Positions 63,311 through 64,000 of a stretch of DNA of 64,000 bases are shown here, piece after piece. Positions within the stretch are counted from its first letter, which is position 1, and each line of letters begins with the position of its first letter. The notes beneath the pieces were generated by a model that was given only the letters and a program-made list of their open reading frames with translations, made no database searches and had not been told where the DNA came from. Where the stretch lies: the NCBI GenBank assembly GCA_038087875.1, contig CM076000.1, positions 558,001 through 622,000 on the forward strand. Direction: 5' to 3'. Made by a program: the position numbers and the translations under genes. The stretch is from Malacoraja senta. Taxonomy: Eukaryota.

Positions 63311-64000
63311 CCTTACCAATCAGAAATATATCCTCCAAAACTAAAATAAAAATAATATGTTGTTTAACATAAATGTACATGGCATTGTAATAATACTGTT
63401 AAGTTTATTGTCTAGTAAAAGTACATTACATTAGGAATAATTTTCCCATTAAAAATCCAAAATATCTAATTATCTTCTGTATAAAGCTAATTAAACATGT
63501 TCTGCACAAAAATAAATGCAGTACATCTTTTCTGGTCAATTAAAACAAAAATCAACACATTAAATCCTGCAAAGATAGCAGGAGTAGGTCAGTCAGTGGT
63601 TGCTCTGCCTTTCAATAAGATCATCTCTGCATCAACACCGTCAAACACTGTATGAATGTTTTACGTTTTATACCTGTCACTCTGCTAAACTCTAGAGACC
63701 CAGTCTACTTAATCTCTCCTCCTACGACAAACCCACCATCCCAGGTATCAATCTGTTGTTACTTTGCTGTATTCCCTCTACTTCAAGTGTATCCTTTTTC
63801 TGATAGGGAGACCAGACTCTGCACAATATTCCGGATGCAGTTACAGCAGTGTGCATGCAAATCACCTTAACTCCCATACTCAAATCATCTTGCAATAAAA
63901 GGCCAACATCGTGATATGTTTGGAGTAGAGGTAACTGGCACAGAAGTAGAGATTAAGTCCAGGGCAGAATAGCCACAATCATATTGAATCATGGGGCAGA

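Overview
Repeat-rich vertebrate genomic DNA, most likely from a cartilaginous fish (skate/ray-type HE1-like V-SINEs, CR1, Rex1/Babar and Penelope elements; host identity is inferred). Host genes: four intact coding exons of MRPL30 (+, 47048-56276) convergent with a complete four-exon TXNDC9 CDS (-, 60718-63310), an isolated frameshifted copy of the first coding exon of USP35 (+, 31110-31805), and a GC-box minisatellite/CpG-island promoter near 24.3-24.9 kb. There is a 200-N assembly gap at 43024-43223. The standout feature is a 10.4 kb LTR provirus (5636-16039) inserted in a Rex1 LINE. It has gag, an in-frame UGA, then pro-RT, a catalytically dead Ty3-type RNase H plus a second intact RNase H, integrase, and an env resembling paramyxo/pneumovirus F-type fusion proteins. 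This is a lokiretrovirus-like architecture, with an apparent 2-bp target duplication and a gag start codon overlapping a tRNA-Arg PBS. Other elements: Vingi, Rex1/Babar, a near full-length CR1 carrying a 2 kb minisatellite, Penelope pieces with minimal hammerhead ribozyme cores, two solo LTRs, a composite non-autonomous Helitron and a hAT MITE. All family assignments come from motif recognition by eye; no searches were run.
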